DNA of 64,000 nucleotides from Candidatus Poribacteria bacterium (GCA_965116925.1 OZ220744.1:5408001-5472000), one strand, 5' to 3'. Counted from the first letter of the stretch, positions 29,558 through 39,509 are shown. The notes: generated by a model not told the origin, from the sequence alone. Translations and numbers: made by a program.

Positions 29558-32470
29558 TCAATCCGCGAGCAGTGCCTGAATCTTGCCCTCAAGATCATCG
29601 CCCCGGATATGTCCAGTGATTTCGCCTGCCGTATTAATCAGCACGAATGGAGTTGACCCTCCGATAGCGTATCGATCGAAGGTTTCGCCTTCCGCACCGA
29701 CGACTGTTGTTGACTGATCTAGCGCGATCGGGTGGGACACCGACTGTTCCGCTATATGTTGCTTGACTGTCTCAACCACTGTAGAGGCGGGGCAGATGGT
29801 GATACAGACAAGTCCTTTTTCTTGATAGACCTCCTGCAAGACATTCAGCAGGCGCACTTCATGAAGGTCAAAGCCCCCCAAACGCCAGAAATGCAGGGCA
29901 ACTGTCTTTCCCTTCAAATCCCCCATGGAAAGCGGGGAACCGGACAGCCACTCGGCAACACTCAACTCCGGTGCGGGTTGGTTCACCAAGGTTTTGGAGC
30001 GTTCCTTACAGGCTTGGGAGTATAACTGTTCTGCTAGCTGTTTGAAGGTCAGCCCGGGTTTTGATTCGGGCGGCGTTAAGGTTAAGACCAAATCGTTTTG
30101 ATTCACCGGTATATTCTCAAAGACTTTAAAAAAATTGAAGCCGGTCGCATCACTGACTATAATTGATACAATTGGATCTTTGATGTGCTTCAGTTCAAAC
30201 TCACCTTGTAGGTTGGTCAAAGCACTGGGGGAGTAGCGATAACCGGAGAAGGGATCTTCTTTGGCACTTATCGTCACCTCCACCTGCTCAGCAATTGGTT
30301 TTCCATCGGCGTCCACAACCTTCCCAGCAAGGGATCCATCTGCCTTGACCAGTACCAAGTCGTGTCGTTGGTTGGTTTTCAAAATATAAAATTCATGTTC
30401 CGTGTACCCCGGATGGTGAACATATAGGGTGAGGACAACCGCCATAGAAAGGTCTTCAAACCGATAATTACCGTTCTTATCGGTGTACCCTGACCAGTGT
30501 TGTCCACCCTGACTTATGTCCAACCGTGCAGCACGAACCGGCTTGCCAGAAGTATCGGTGACACGCCCTTCAATGAAAAACTGACCACCCGCCGGCAACA
30601 GAACGAGATCCGCGATTTGGGTCATCTCCGTTGTTGCGGTGAACTGCCCGGTTTCTGTCTCCCGATACCCTTCTGCTTCCACATGGATTTCGTATTCGGC
30701 GCCGACAATGAGCTCAATCTCCCGGAACCATCCATCGTCATCTGTCAGGGCAACAATTGTGCCGTATGCAGAGTATCCTTTAGGGGCCCAGTGCATCAGA
30801 ACCACGTCCACCAATCGCATCGGTTTTCCTTCAGGGTCGATCACTCGCCCGGAGACCTTGACCCGTTCGTAGGGTTTCATCCGAATCTCAACTGGTAACC
30901 ATGGCCGGACTACAATCTCTATCGTTCCGCGCAATCCCAATCCACCATGTTCTGCTTTGAGACCGAGTCTCTGCCCGGGTCGCAGTCCGCTAATAGTAAA
31001 CTCGCCCGATTCGTCCGATCTACCATACTCTGTATGCCGGTCCCGAACGTTAGCAATGCTCGCACCGGCGACCGGTTCACCAGCCTTTGTCAAAAGCCGA
31101 CCAACCAACTTGACCCCTCTCGAAAACTGGAAATCAACAACGACGGTTTCACCCTCAACGAAATGCACACGTCTCTGAATCTGTCCGATATTGAGAGCCC
31201 CAGTTCGTCCAAAACCTTGATAACCCACCGGTGGATTGGTGTGGACGAGTGCCCGACCGGGCGCAGCATCGAAGCGATAAGTACCGGTTTCATCGGTTAT
31301 CGTACGGTGATCCATCAATTGAGAGTCTTCCGGGCGGGCGGCATCGTTTAATCTGATAGGGTGGTTGGCGATCGGTTCGTTTGTTTCCTGATTGGTCACC
31401 CGCCCAGTGATGAAACCACTCTGGATCAGGGTCAGGTCTATGTTAGAAACGGTCTGCCCCTCGGCGACTGTAATGAACTCTTTGGCAAGGGCTGTCCATC
31501 CTTTTGGTCCGTGAGCAAGATAGAGATTGTACATACCGGGGGCAATGTTTTTCAGCAGATAATTTCCATTACTATCAACGTGTGCCTGTCCCCTCCCATC
31601 GGTCGGATAGATACCCTCAAGTACGACCCCCGCGTCCTTGACGGGTTTGCCTGTCCCCGCATAGGTGAGGCGTCCCTCAATCCTACTCTCCCGTTTCAAC
31701 CGGAATTCAAGTCCCTCTGTGCCGACCGGCACATTGTGGCGGTTCTGCTTTGCGTATCCTGGTCCTTGGACATCAAAACTGGTTGTCGCATTTTGCGGTA
31801 GGCTGCGGAGTACAAACTCTCCATTCGCATCGGTCTTGACGGGTTGGGGCAAAGCATAACGATCCAAATCATCTCCGTGTTCTCTTAGCATTGGGTTACC
31901 ACGGAATAAGGAGTGCATCAGTATCTCCGCATTCTGAATCGGCTTGCCTGCCTCGTTCATCACTTTACCCGAAATAATCCCCGGTGTTTCGAGTTGAATT
32001 TTAACATCTGTTGCGCTTTGGAACGGAAACTCTTGCCACCAGATTGCGTGATCGGGGTGTGTGACAGCCACATTCAGACGGCTCAACATATCTTTAGAAT
32101 GGAAAGACAGCCATGCGAATCTGGAGGGTACAAGTTCAAAGCGAAATGTCCCATCTATCCCTGTACGTGTAAAAAAATCGGAATCATAATGGGAGGAGTG
32201 CTCGGATCCAGCACCCCCTTCAAGCGGATAGAAACTTACGGCGTATCGAACTTCGGCATCCGCTACCGGTACACCGTTGTTATCAACGGCGCGGCCGGAA
32301 AAGGTCAGCTGTTCGGACCTGTTCTCCGCAGCAGCAGCGAGACCTTGTGCTTCACTTAAAGCATACACTGCCACAGTTAAGAGGAATAGGATTTTGCCAA
32401 TAGTTGTGACACTCCACGACGAGACCATTGTCGGCGATGGTATATGGCGAATTTGCTTCATGAATTGCAT
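29558..32470 (-). CDS. Sigma-less paralog: hydrophobic leader, 8 repeats, thioredoxin-like fold
   Basis: Starts MQFMKQI after AAAGGAGA; collinear with the C-terminal ~80% of both neighbours. Confidence 0.85.
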   Translation of the reverse strand: MQFMKQIRHIPSPTMVSSWSVTTIGKILFLLTVAVYALSEAQGLAAAAENRSEQLTFSGRAVDNNGVPVADAEVRYAVSFYPLEGGAGSEHSSHYDSDFFTRTGIDGTFRFELVPSRFAWLSFHSKDMLSRLNVAVTHPDHAIWWQEFPFQSATDVKIQLETPGIISGKVMNEAGKPIQNAEILMHSLFRGNPMLREHGDDLDRYALPQPVKTDANGEFVLRSLPQNATTSFDVQGPGYAKQNRHNVPVGTEGLEFRLKRESRIEGRLTYAGTGKPVKDAGVVLEGIYPTDGRGQAHVDSNGNYLLKNIAPGMYNLYLAHGPKGWTALAKEFITVAEGQTVSNIDLTLIQSGFITGRVTNQETNEPIANHPIRLNDAARPEDSQLMDHRTITDETGTYRFDAAPGRALVHTNPPVGYQGFGRTGALNIGQIQRRVHFVEGETVVVDFQFSRGVKLVGRLLTKAGEPVAGASIANVRDRHTEYGRSDESGEFTISGLRPGQRLGLKAEHGGLGLRGTIEIVVRPWLPVEIRMKPYERVKVSGRVIDPEGKPMRLVDVVLMHWAPKGYSAYGTIVALTDDDGWFREIELIVGAEYEIHVEAEGYRETETGQFTATTEMTQIADLVLLPAGGQFFIEGRVTDTSGKPVRAARLDISQGGQHWSGYTDKNGNYRFEDLSMAVVLTLYVHHPGYTEHEFYILKTNQRHDLVLVKADGSLAGKVVDADGKPIAEQVEVTISAKEDPFSGYRYSPSALTNLQGEFELKHIKDPIVSIIVSDATGFNFFKVFENIPVNQNDLVLTLTPPESKPGLTFKQLAEQLYSQACKERSKTLVNQPAPELSVAEWLSGSPLSMGDLKGKTVALHFWRLGGFDLHEVRLLNVLQEVYQEKGLVCITICPASTVVETVKQHIAEQSVSHPIALDQSTTVVGAEGETFDRYAIGGSTPFVLINTAGEITGHIRGDDLEGKIQALLAD

Positions 32471-32489
32471 CAGAAAATCTCCTTTGAGT

Positions 32490-32517
32490 GCTATAGACAT
32501 GTCGCCCCGCTGGGGCT
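32490..32517. repeat. Short REP-like hairpin at the point where homology to the sigma-containing paralogs stops
   Basis: GCTATAGACATGTC-GCCCC-GCT-GGGGC-T. Confidence 0.5.
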
Positions 32518-32639
32518 AAATCAAGCGATGCCCTTTTTGCTGCTTTCACGCAGCAGATCTTCTATCCTGAAAATCCTTCAATCGTGGAAATCCTGACTCA
32601 GCCATTCCCAACCACCCTAATTTAGCAATGCCTGGCCGC

Positions 32640-35600
32640 TCAATCCCCAAGCAGCGCTTGAATTTTATCTTCGTACTCATGCGCCCACGCGCTTCCGGTA
32701 ATTTCTCCCGCTGCATTGATTAGAACAATCTCACCTCCCCAGCCGATGGCGTATCGATCAAAGGTTTCACCTTCCGCACTGACGACTTCTGTTGGCGAAT
32801 CTAACCCGACCGAATAGGACAGCGATTCCTCTGCGATGTGTTGCCTGACAGTTTTGATCGCTGATGTGACGGGACAGATGGCGACACAAATCAACCCTTT
32901 GTCTCGAAAGATCTCCTGCAAGATATTCAGTAGGCGTATCTGTCGAATATGATCGTTGCGATTCAAGGACCAGAAATGCAAGGCAACCGTCTTTCCCTTC
33001 AGATCCTCGATGAATACTGGTGGACCCGACAACCACTCTGCAGCTGCCAATTCCGGTGCGGGTTGGTTCACCAAGGTTTTGAAACGTTCTCTACAGGCTT
33101 CGGAATATGACCGCTTTGCTTGCTGTTCTGGAGTTGGTTCCGGTCTCGCGTCAGCCGGCGTTAGAGCGAAGACCAGATTACTTTGATTCACCGAGATATC
33201 CTCAAAAATTTTGTGGTATTTTCTATCACTGACACGAATCGACACAACTGGATCCTTGATGTGCTTCAGTTCAAATTCGCCATGCACGTTGGTTTGAGTG
33301 TAGGGATATCGGTAGCCGGAGAAGAGGTCTGCTTCGCCTCTTATCGTCACTGTCGCCTGTTCAATCGGTTGCCCATTAGCATTCACAACCTTCCCAGCGA
33401 GATATCCATCCGCCTTGACCAGTACCAAGTCATGCCGTTGGTTGGTTTTCAAAATATTAAATTCATGTCTCGCGTACCTCGGATCGTCGAAAATATACAG
33501 CGAGTAGACAATCGCCATTGAAAGATCATCAAATCGATAATCGCCATTCTCATCGGTGTGCGTTAACCAATTCTGTGCTTGCTGACCTATGCCCAACCGT
33601 ATACTGCGAACCGGCTCGCCAGAGGTATCGGTGACACGTCCTTCAATGAAAAACTCACCATCTACTGGCAGCAGGACGAGATCTGCGATTTGGGTCATCT
33701 CCGCTGTCGGAACGAACCGCTTGGTTTCCGCTCTCCGATACCCTTCTAATTCCACATAGATTTCGTACTCGTCACCAACGATAAGCTCAATCTCTCGGAA
33801 CCGCCCATTATCATCTGTCACAGCAACATTTGTGACGTTTCCTATGTATCGTTGAAGGTCCCAGTGTATCAACTGGATGTCCATTGACGGCATCGGATTT
33901 CCTGCGTGGTCGACCACTTGTCCGGAAACCTTGACCCGTCCGTAGGGTTTCAGCCGAATTTCAATCGGCACATCCGGCTCGACTTCGATCTCTGCCATTC
34001 CACGCAATCCCAATCCGCTATGTTCTGCTTTGAAGCCGAGTCTCTGTCCGGAACGTAGACCAGCAACGGTAAACCTACCCGATGCATCTGATATGCTATA
34101 CACTTCACGCCGGTACCGCGTGTTAGAAATTCTCGCGCCGACGACCGGTTCACCATTTTCTGTTAAAACCCGGCCAACCAACTTTAGCCCTCTTGAGAAC
34201 TGAAAATTGACGACAACGGTCTCACCTTCAACGACATCCACACGCCTCTGAATCTCTCCGATATTGGATCTCTCAATCTGTCCGATACCTTGATAGCCTC
34301 CCGGTGGGTTGGTGTGGACGAGTGCTCGGCCTGGCGCGGCGTCGAAGCGGTAAGCACCAGTTTCATCCGTTATCGTATGATGACCCATCAGTGAAGAGCC
34401 CTCCGGACGGGCAGCATCGTTTAATCTGATCGGGTGCCTGGCAATCGGTTCGTTTGTGTCCTGATCAGTCACCTGTCCGCTGATGATACCACTCCGAATC
34501 AGAATTAGATCTATGTTAACGGTCTCTCCTTCAGAGACCGTGATGGGTTCTTTGGCAATAGCTGTCCACCCTTCTGGCCCGTGATCAAGACCGAGCCTGT
34601 ACGTGCCGGGGGCAACGTTTTTCAGCCGATAATTTCCCCGCCAATTAGTGCGTGCTTCTCGCCACCCCCGAGTCGGATAGATCCCCCGGAACGACACCAT
34701 TGTACCTCTGACTGACTTGCCGGTCCCTGCATAGGTGAGGCGTCCTTCAATCCTGCCCTCACCTTTCAGTCGAAATTCAAGCCTTTTTGCACCAACCGGC
34801 ACACTGTGGTGGCTCTCCTTTGCGTATCCCGGTCCTTGGACATCAAGACTTATTATCGCGCCCTGCGGCAATCTAGGGAGCACAAATTCCCCATTCGCAT
34901 CTGTCTTAACGGGTTGAGGCAAAGCATTATGCGTCAAACGATTTCCGGGATCCCTTAGTATTGGGTCACCACGGAACACGGATTGTATCTGTATCGCTGC
35001 ATTCTGAATTGGCTCACCCGCCTCATTCATCACCTTGCCAGATATGATTTCCGGCGTTTCGAGTTGAATCTCCATATCCGCTGTACTTTGGAACGGAACT
35101 TCTTGCCACCAGATTGCGTGATCGGGATGCGTGACAGCAACATTCAGACGATTCAACATACCTTTAGAATCGAAAGGCATCCAATCGAGTTTTGAAGGCG
35201 AAAGTTCAAATCGAAATGTTCCATCCACCCCCGTACGTGTGAAGAAAAAGGGACCATAATAGGAGGAGGCCCCGGATCCAGCATTCCCTTCAAGCGGATA
35301 GAAACTTACAGCATATCGAAGTCCGGCATTCGCGACCGGCGCATCGTTGTTGTCAACGACGCGGCCGGCAAAGATCCGTTTTTCGGATTCGTTCTTCGCT
35401 GCTGCTGCGCGTTGTGTGCTGCCGTTACCCTCCGGGGTCGTCCTACTATCAGCTAACTGACGACCCCGACTGCCCGAAGCTCGGCTAGAGCCTGCTGGTG
35501 GACGGTTTTCTGTCTGTACCGGAGCGACTGAGATTGACGAGCGTGTTGAGTTGGCAGTGGGTTCCAACAGTACCACCTCGGTTGAACCCGTCCCGACTCG

Positions 35601-36350
35601 CTTCATTGACGGAACGGATAGCGAATCAGTTCCGCGCCTAGTAATTCCAATCAAAACACATACTGCTATGATCAGCGAGAATACGATTTTACCGATAGCC
35701 GTGGCACTCCACGACGACGCCATTGCTGGTGATGAGCTATACCGAATTTGCTCCATGAATTGCATGAGAAAACCTCCTTTGAGTTTCTGGCTTTTCAATA
35801 GGCTGCCATATCGGTCAGACAGTGCGTTCCCAAGTTGCTGACGCGCACGATACAACTTGCCTTTGACTGTGTTGACGGAGACACCGAGAAATTCGGAGAT
35901 CTCCTTCAACGAATGGTCACCCATATAGAACATTGACACCGCAGCTCGATTGTCATCCGAAAGTTCAGAGAGTGCCTGCTCCAGATCCACCCGCCAACCC
36001 TCTGTGGGAGCGGTGTGCGCCGGTTCAACCCGTAGAGCATCGTCCGTGGCCGCCTCCAACGTGGTTTCACGCTGACGTGTTTTAATAACGCTCATCAGTC
36101 GGCGCTTGCACTCGTTGGACATAATCGTATAGAGCCAGCTTCGGAACCGATGCGGATGCCGGAGTTGATAGAGACCGTGATATGCCCGCCAGAAGACCTC
36201 TTGCGTGACATCCTGTGCATCCTCTTCGTTACGGACCTTCTGGAAGGCGTAGGCGTAGACCATATCCTGATACTTGTGGACCAACACCCCGAAGGCGTCT
36301 CGATCGCCTGCCAGTGTTTGGGATACTAACTGTTCGTCGTCTGAACGCAT
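32640..36350 (-). CDS. Membrane-anchored ECF sigma factor with 8 repeats and thioredoxin-like fold (second full-length copy)
   Basis: Same architecture as 25740..29378; near-identical sigma domain; RBS GGGAGG. Confidence 0.9.
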   Translation of the reverse strand: MRSDDEQLVSQTLAGDRDAFGVLVHKYQDMVYAYAFQKVRNEEDAQDVTQEVFWRAYHGLYQLRHPHRFRSWLYTIMSNECKRRLMSVIKTRQRETTLEAATDDALRVEPAHTAPTEGWRVDLEQALSELSDDNRAAVSMFYMGDHSLKEISEFLGVSVNTVKGKLYRARQQLGNALSDRYGSLLKSQKLKGGFLMQFMEQIRYSSSPAMASSWSATAIGKIVFSLIIAVCVLIGITRRGTDSLSVPSMKRVGTGSTEVVLLEPTANSTRSSISVAPVQTENRPPAGSSRASGSRGRQLADSRTTPEGNGSTQRAAAAKNESEKRIFAGRVVDNNDAPVANAGLRYAVSFYPLEGNAGSGASSYYGPFFFTRTGVDGTFRFELSPSKLDWMPFDSKGMLNRLNVAVTHPDHAIWWQEVPFQSTADMEIQLETPEIISGKVMNEAGEPIQNAAIQIQSVFRGDPILRDPGNRLTHNALPQPVKTDANGEFVLPRLPQGAIISLDVQGPGYAKESHHSVPVGAKRLEFRLKGEGRIEGRLTYAGTGKSVRGTMVSFRGIYPTRGWREARTNWRGNYRLKNVAPGTYRLGLDHGPEGWTAIAKEPITVSEGETVNIDLILIRSGIISGQVTDQDTNEPIARHPIRLNDAARPEGSSLMGHHTITDETGAYRFDAAPGRALVHTNPPGGYQGIGQIERSNIGEIQRRVDVVEGETVVVNFQFSRGLKLVGRVLTENGEPVVGARISNTRYRREVYSISDASGRFTVAGLRSGQRLGFKAEHSGLGLRGMAEIEVEPDVPIEIRLKPYGRVKVSGQVVDHAGNPMPSMDIQLIHWDLQRYIGNVTNVAVTDDNGRFREIELIVGDEYEIYVELEGYRRAETKRFVPTAEMTQIADLVLLPVDGEFFIEGRVTDTSGEPVRSIRLGIGQQAQNWLTHTDENGDYRFDDLSMAIVYSLYIFDDPRYARHEFNILKTNQRHDLVLVKADGYLAGKVVNANGQPIEQATVTIRGEADLFSGYRYPYTQTNVHGEFELKHIKDPVVSIRVSDRKYHKIFEDISVNQSNLVFALTPADARPEPTPEQQAKRSYSEACRERFKTLVNQPAPELAAAEWLSGPPVFIEDLKGKTVALHFWSLNRNDHIRQIRLLNILQEIFRDKGLICVAICPVTSAIKTVRQHIAEESLSYSVGLDSPTEVVSAEGETFDRYAIGWGGEIVLINAAGEITGSAWAHEYEDKIQALLGD

Positions 36351-36419
36351 AACAACCTCCCAATCCAAAAAACGAAAATAACAATAGTTCCTCAATGAGA
36401 TACTGAAGCTATTTAATAA

Positions 36420-36447
36420 TTAGACACATTAAGTCGCTTGGAGGTTA
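36420..36447 (-). promoter_or_regulatory. Candidate ECF-type promoter
   Basis: TAACCT-N17-TCTAA (GTCTAA). Confidence 0.55.
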
Positions 36448-36542
36448 TGTCGCATAAAAAATAAATAGTTGAAAACGTTGAAGCTGCGTATTACAATAAA
36501 AAGAAGAAAAGAAAAATCAGATGTCAATGGTAGGTCTCATCT

Positions 36543-38636
36543 ATGTTTGGACTTCAATTTCTAACCCCTCTATTCCTCGCCGTCGGTGCAGCGGCAGCAT
36601 CGCTGCCGCTGATTATTCACCTCCTCAACCGGGAGCGAGCAAGACGGCTTGTGTTCAGCACGATTCGATTCATTAAGATGTCCCATCAAGCGAACGTGCA
36701 GCGGCACCGGCTGAAACAATTGCTCCTGCTGTTGATGCGAATCCTGATCTTGGCGTTGCTTGGGCTTGCCTTCGCACGCCCATTTTTTGCGGATACACCC
36801 GCTACTACCGGGGTGGTAGGTGGAGTGCGAAATATCGTCATTATTCTAGATACCTCCTATAGCATGGGCTATCTTGATACCTTCGATCAGGCGAAAAAGG
36901 CGGCGATTGAACTTGCTGATGACCTTCAACCCAGCGACACCTCCGCCCTTATCTTCACCAACAACAGGGCAAAGGTGATTAAACCGCTCAATGCAGAACA
37001 CCGACACATCCAAACAGCACTAATGGGCGCGCAGCTGACCAATCACACCACGGATTACCTTGACGCCATTCAATCGGCGGATGAGGTACTTGGGGAAGCG
37101 GAGATTGGGGCAAAGCAGATCTACTTTGTCAGCGATTTGCAGCGGATTGGGTGGGAGAATTTCGTTGACACCGATAAACTCAGCCCTGATGTTGAGATTG
37201 CTTTTGTCGATGTAAGTGCAAAAGAGCCGGTCAATCTCGCAATCACCGGCGTGAGTGTGCCACAGGTAGTGCTGAATGAACAGAAGCCAACACAAATGGT
37301 TGTCCGCGTTCAAAATTTTGGAGAACAAGCATTTGAAGGTTTACCGGTGGAACTGTTTATTGATGATAACAATGTCGGCACAACCACACTTGATATCGAA
37401 CCCAATGATGTAATGGACGTTTTGTTCCCAGTCCGTTTCAGAACAGAGAAGATTCATACCGGCTACGCCGCATTACCGGACGACCATCTACAGATTGACG
37501 ATAAGCGATATTTCCGCCTACAAAGTCTGAAGTCAATCAAGGTGCACTGCATCAACGGCGAACCGGGGCGGCGCGATTACGAGAGTGAGACGTTCTTCTT
37601 GGAGGCGGCACTTCAGCCGGGGGTTCAGATTGTGCCAATCGACTTAACACAATCTCGTCAACTGCCAAATGCTTCGGAGATTTCAAAATATGACGTGATT
37701 ATCTTGGCAAACGTGGAGAAATTGACTGAAGCGGAAGCACAGTCTCTGAGGACATTAGTTGGAGGCGGTGGTGGTTTGATTATCGCCGCGGGAGATCGGA
37801 TGGATCTGGTGGCATATCGGAGTATACTCGGTGCGGGCGAAGAACCGTTGATACCGTGTAACTTCGTGCAGCCGGTTGGGGACGCACTCAATCACGATCG
37901 GTTCAGTGTTCTCGCAACGCTCGACTATGATCACCCCATTTTCCATTCGTTCAAGGAACCGAACCACGGTGATTTTGGGAAAGGACGATTCTACCGGTAC
38001 ATCCAAGCCGTACCGCTAAAGGGTTCAACGGTCTTGGCAAGTTTTGACGATGGAAGTCCAGCACTTTTTGAAAAAGCTTATGGAACTGGGCGCGTGCTCT
38101 GCTTCACCTCAACGATTGATCGGGAGTGGACAGATTTGCCGATTCACGGTGTTTATCTCCCGTTTCTGTACGAGGCGATCAAGTATCTCGCGCTCAAGCG
38201 GACGGATGAAAAACCCGATTATCAGATCGGTGATACGGTGGAGTTAGGGGGCTATCAACTGCCAGCGGGAACGGAGGTTGCGATTTTCAACCCAATGGGT
38301 GAGGAAACCCGGACAGAAATCAATGAGAGTAGCGGGGTTATTTACGACGCTACTGAGCATCCAGGAATCTATTCCGCCCATATCTCCGGGGAACAACCGC
38401 GTTACTTTGTCGTCAATCCAGACACGATTGAATCCAACCTCGCCGCCCGCGATACGGAGGAATTGACCAGCATGTTGACCGGTGGTGAAAAAGCTATCCC
38501 CACGGAGGTTGTCACAACGGAAATGATTACAAAGTATCACGGTGAGGTTGAGAAAAATCAGGGCGTGTGGTGGTATTTGATGCTTGGGGTGTTTCTGTTG
38601 GCGGTCGGGGAAATGTTCATCGCAAATCGGATATGA
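36543..38636 (+). CDS. BatA N-terminal / vWA domain membrane protein
   Basis: PLIIHLLNR...FSTIRF, LAFARP, MIDAS DTSYSM, GATase-like domain, C-terminal TM. Confidence 0.85.
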   Translation: MFGLQFLTPLFLAVGAAAASLPLIIHLLNRERARRLVFSTIRFIKMSHQANVQRHRLKQLLLLLMRILILALLGLAFARPFFADTPATTGVVGGVRNIVIILDTSYSMGYLDTFDQAKKAAIELADDLQPSDTSALIFTNNRAKVIKPLNAEHRHIQTALMGAQLTNHTTDYLDAIQSADEVLGEAEIGAKQIYFVSDLQRIGWENFVDTDKLSPDVEIAFVDVSAKEPVNLAITGVSVPQVVLNEQKPTQMVVRVQNFGEQAFEGLPVELFIDDNNVGTTTLDIEPNDVMDVLFPVRFRTEKIHTGYAALPDDHLQIDDKRYFRLQSLKSIKVHCINGEPGRRDYESETFFLEAALQPGVQIVPIDLTQSRQLPNASEISKYDVIILANVEKLTEAEAQSLRTLVGGGGGLIIAAGDRMDLVAYRSILGAGEEPLIPCNFVQPVGDALNHDRFSVLATLDYDHPIFHSFKEPNHGDFGKGRFYRYIQAVPLKGSTVLASFDDGSPALFEKAYGTGRVLCFTSTIDREWTDLPIHGVYLPFLYEAIKYLALKRTDEKPDYQIGDTVELGGYQLPAGTEVAIFNPMGEETRTEINESSGVIYDATEHPGIYSAHISGEQPRYFVVNPDTIESNLAARDTEELTSMLTGGEKAIPTEVVTTEMITKYHGEVEKNQGVWWYLMLGVFLLAVGEMFIANRI

Positions 38637-38678
38637 AACAGCCCAACCGCCCATCAATCAGAACACCAACAAGTAACT

Positions 38679-39509
38679 TTACGTTGGAAGTTGTGCCCAA
38701 GCGGTGATATGCGGCGGCAGGATGAGTGGACGTTTCGACGCAACAACTTCTGCCCGAAGCCGTTGGGCAAGCGTATCCAAATCAACCTCTTCAGCAGTCG
38801 CAATCCCGTATGCTTCCAAGAGCGGGAGTAGGCTTTGAAAAGCGGCTGCTATGAATTGGTAACCTCCCCAAGTTTCCGGACCGCCTACCGGTGCCGTATA
38901 CTGTAGAGTAGGCTCCGGCAAGCCCGCATCGACAAAAGTGCCGTATAGATCAAGCCCCATTCCAACATTTGCCCCTGAACGTCGAAACACCTCTACCCCC
39001 CACTCAGCTAACTGGTTCATTATGGGAATCTCCGGACGAGTAATCGACGCGTAGACCGAAAACTCTACATCCTGAAATGCGACGATACCGCCCGGACGCA
39101 AGCGCGTTGTGAGCTGTTTTAAGGTCGCTACGGGATCCGGCAAATACAGCAGGATCAAGCGCCCAATAAGGGCATCAAAGTCGTTCGGTAGCTCCAAAGT
39201 TTGGACATCCCCCGCCACGAATTGGACGTTTGCTAAACCCGCTACCTGCGCTCGTGTTCGGGCAGTTTCGAGGATCTCCGGGTTCATATCTACACCGAGG
39301 ACCTCTCCCTCACTGCCAACCAACTCCGCAGCGGCGAACGCTACATCCCCAGCACCGCTACCAATATCAAGTACCTTCATTCCAGTAAAGAGACCCGCAT
39401 CCCTGAGAAGCCGTCCCGTTATATCTTCATACAGTCCTGCCTGCTGAATCAACCGTTCCGTCTCCTCTTTGCTACGTCCCATTGTATATGTCCGCTCATT
39501 ATCGGCCAT
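38679..39509 (-). CDS. Class I SAM-dependent methyltransferase
   Basis: VLDIGSGAGD, GVDMN, LRPGG. Confidence 0.9.
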   Translation of the reverse strand: MADNERTYTMGRSKEETERLIQQAGLYEDITGRLLRDAGLFTGMKVLDIGSGAGDVAFAAAELVGSEGEVLGVDMNPEILETARTRAQVAGLANVQFVAGDVQTLELPNDFDALIGRLILLYLPDPVATLKQLTTRLRPGGIVAFQDVEFSVYASITRPEIPIMNQLAEWGVEVFRRSGANVGMGLDLYGTFVDAGLPEPTLQYTAPVGGPETWGGYQFIAAAFQSLLPLLEAYGIATAEEVDLDTLAQRLRAEVVASKRPLILPPHITAWAQLPT

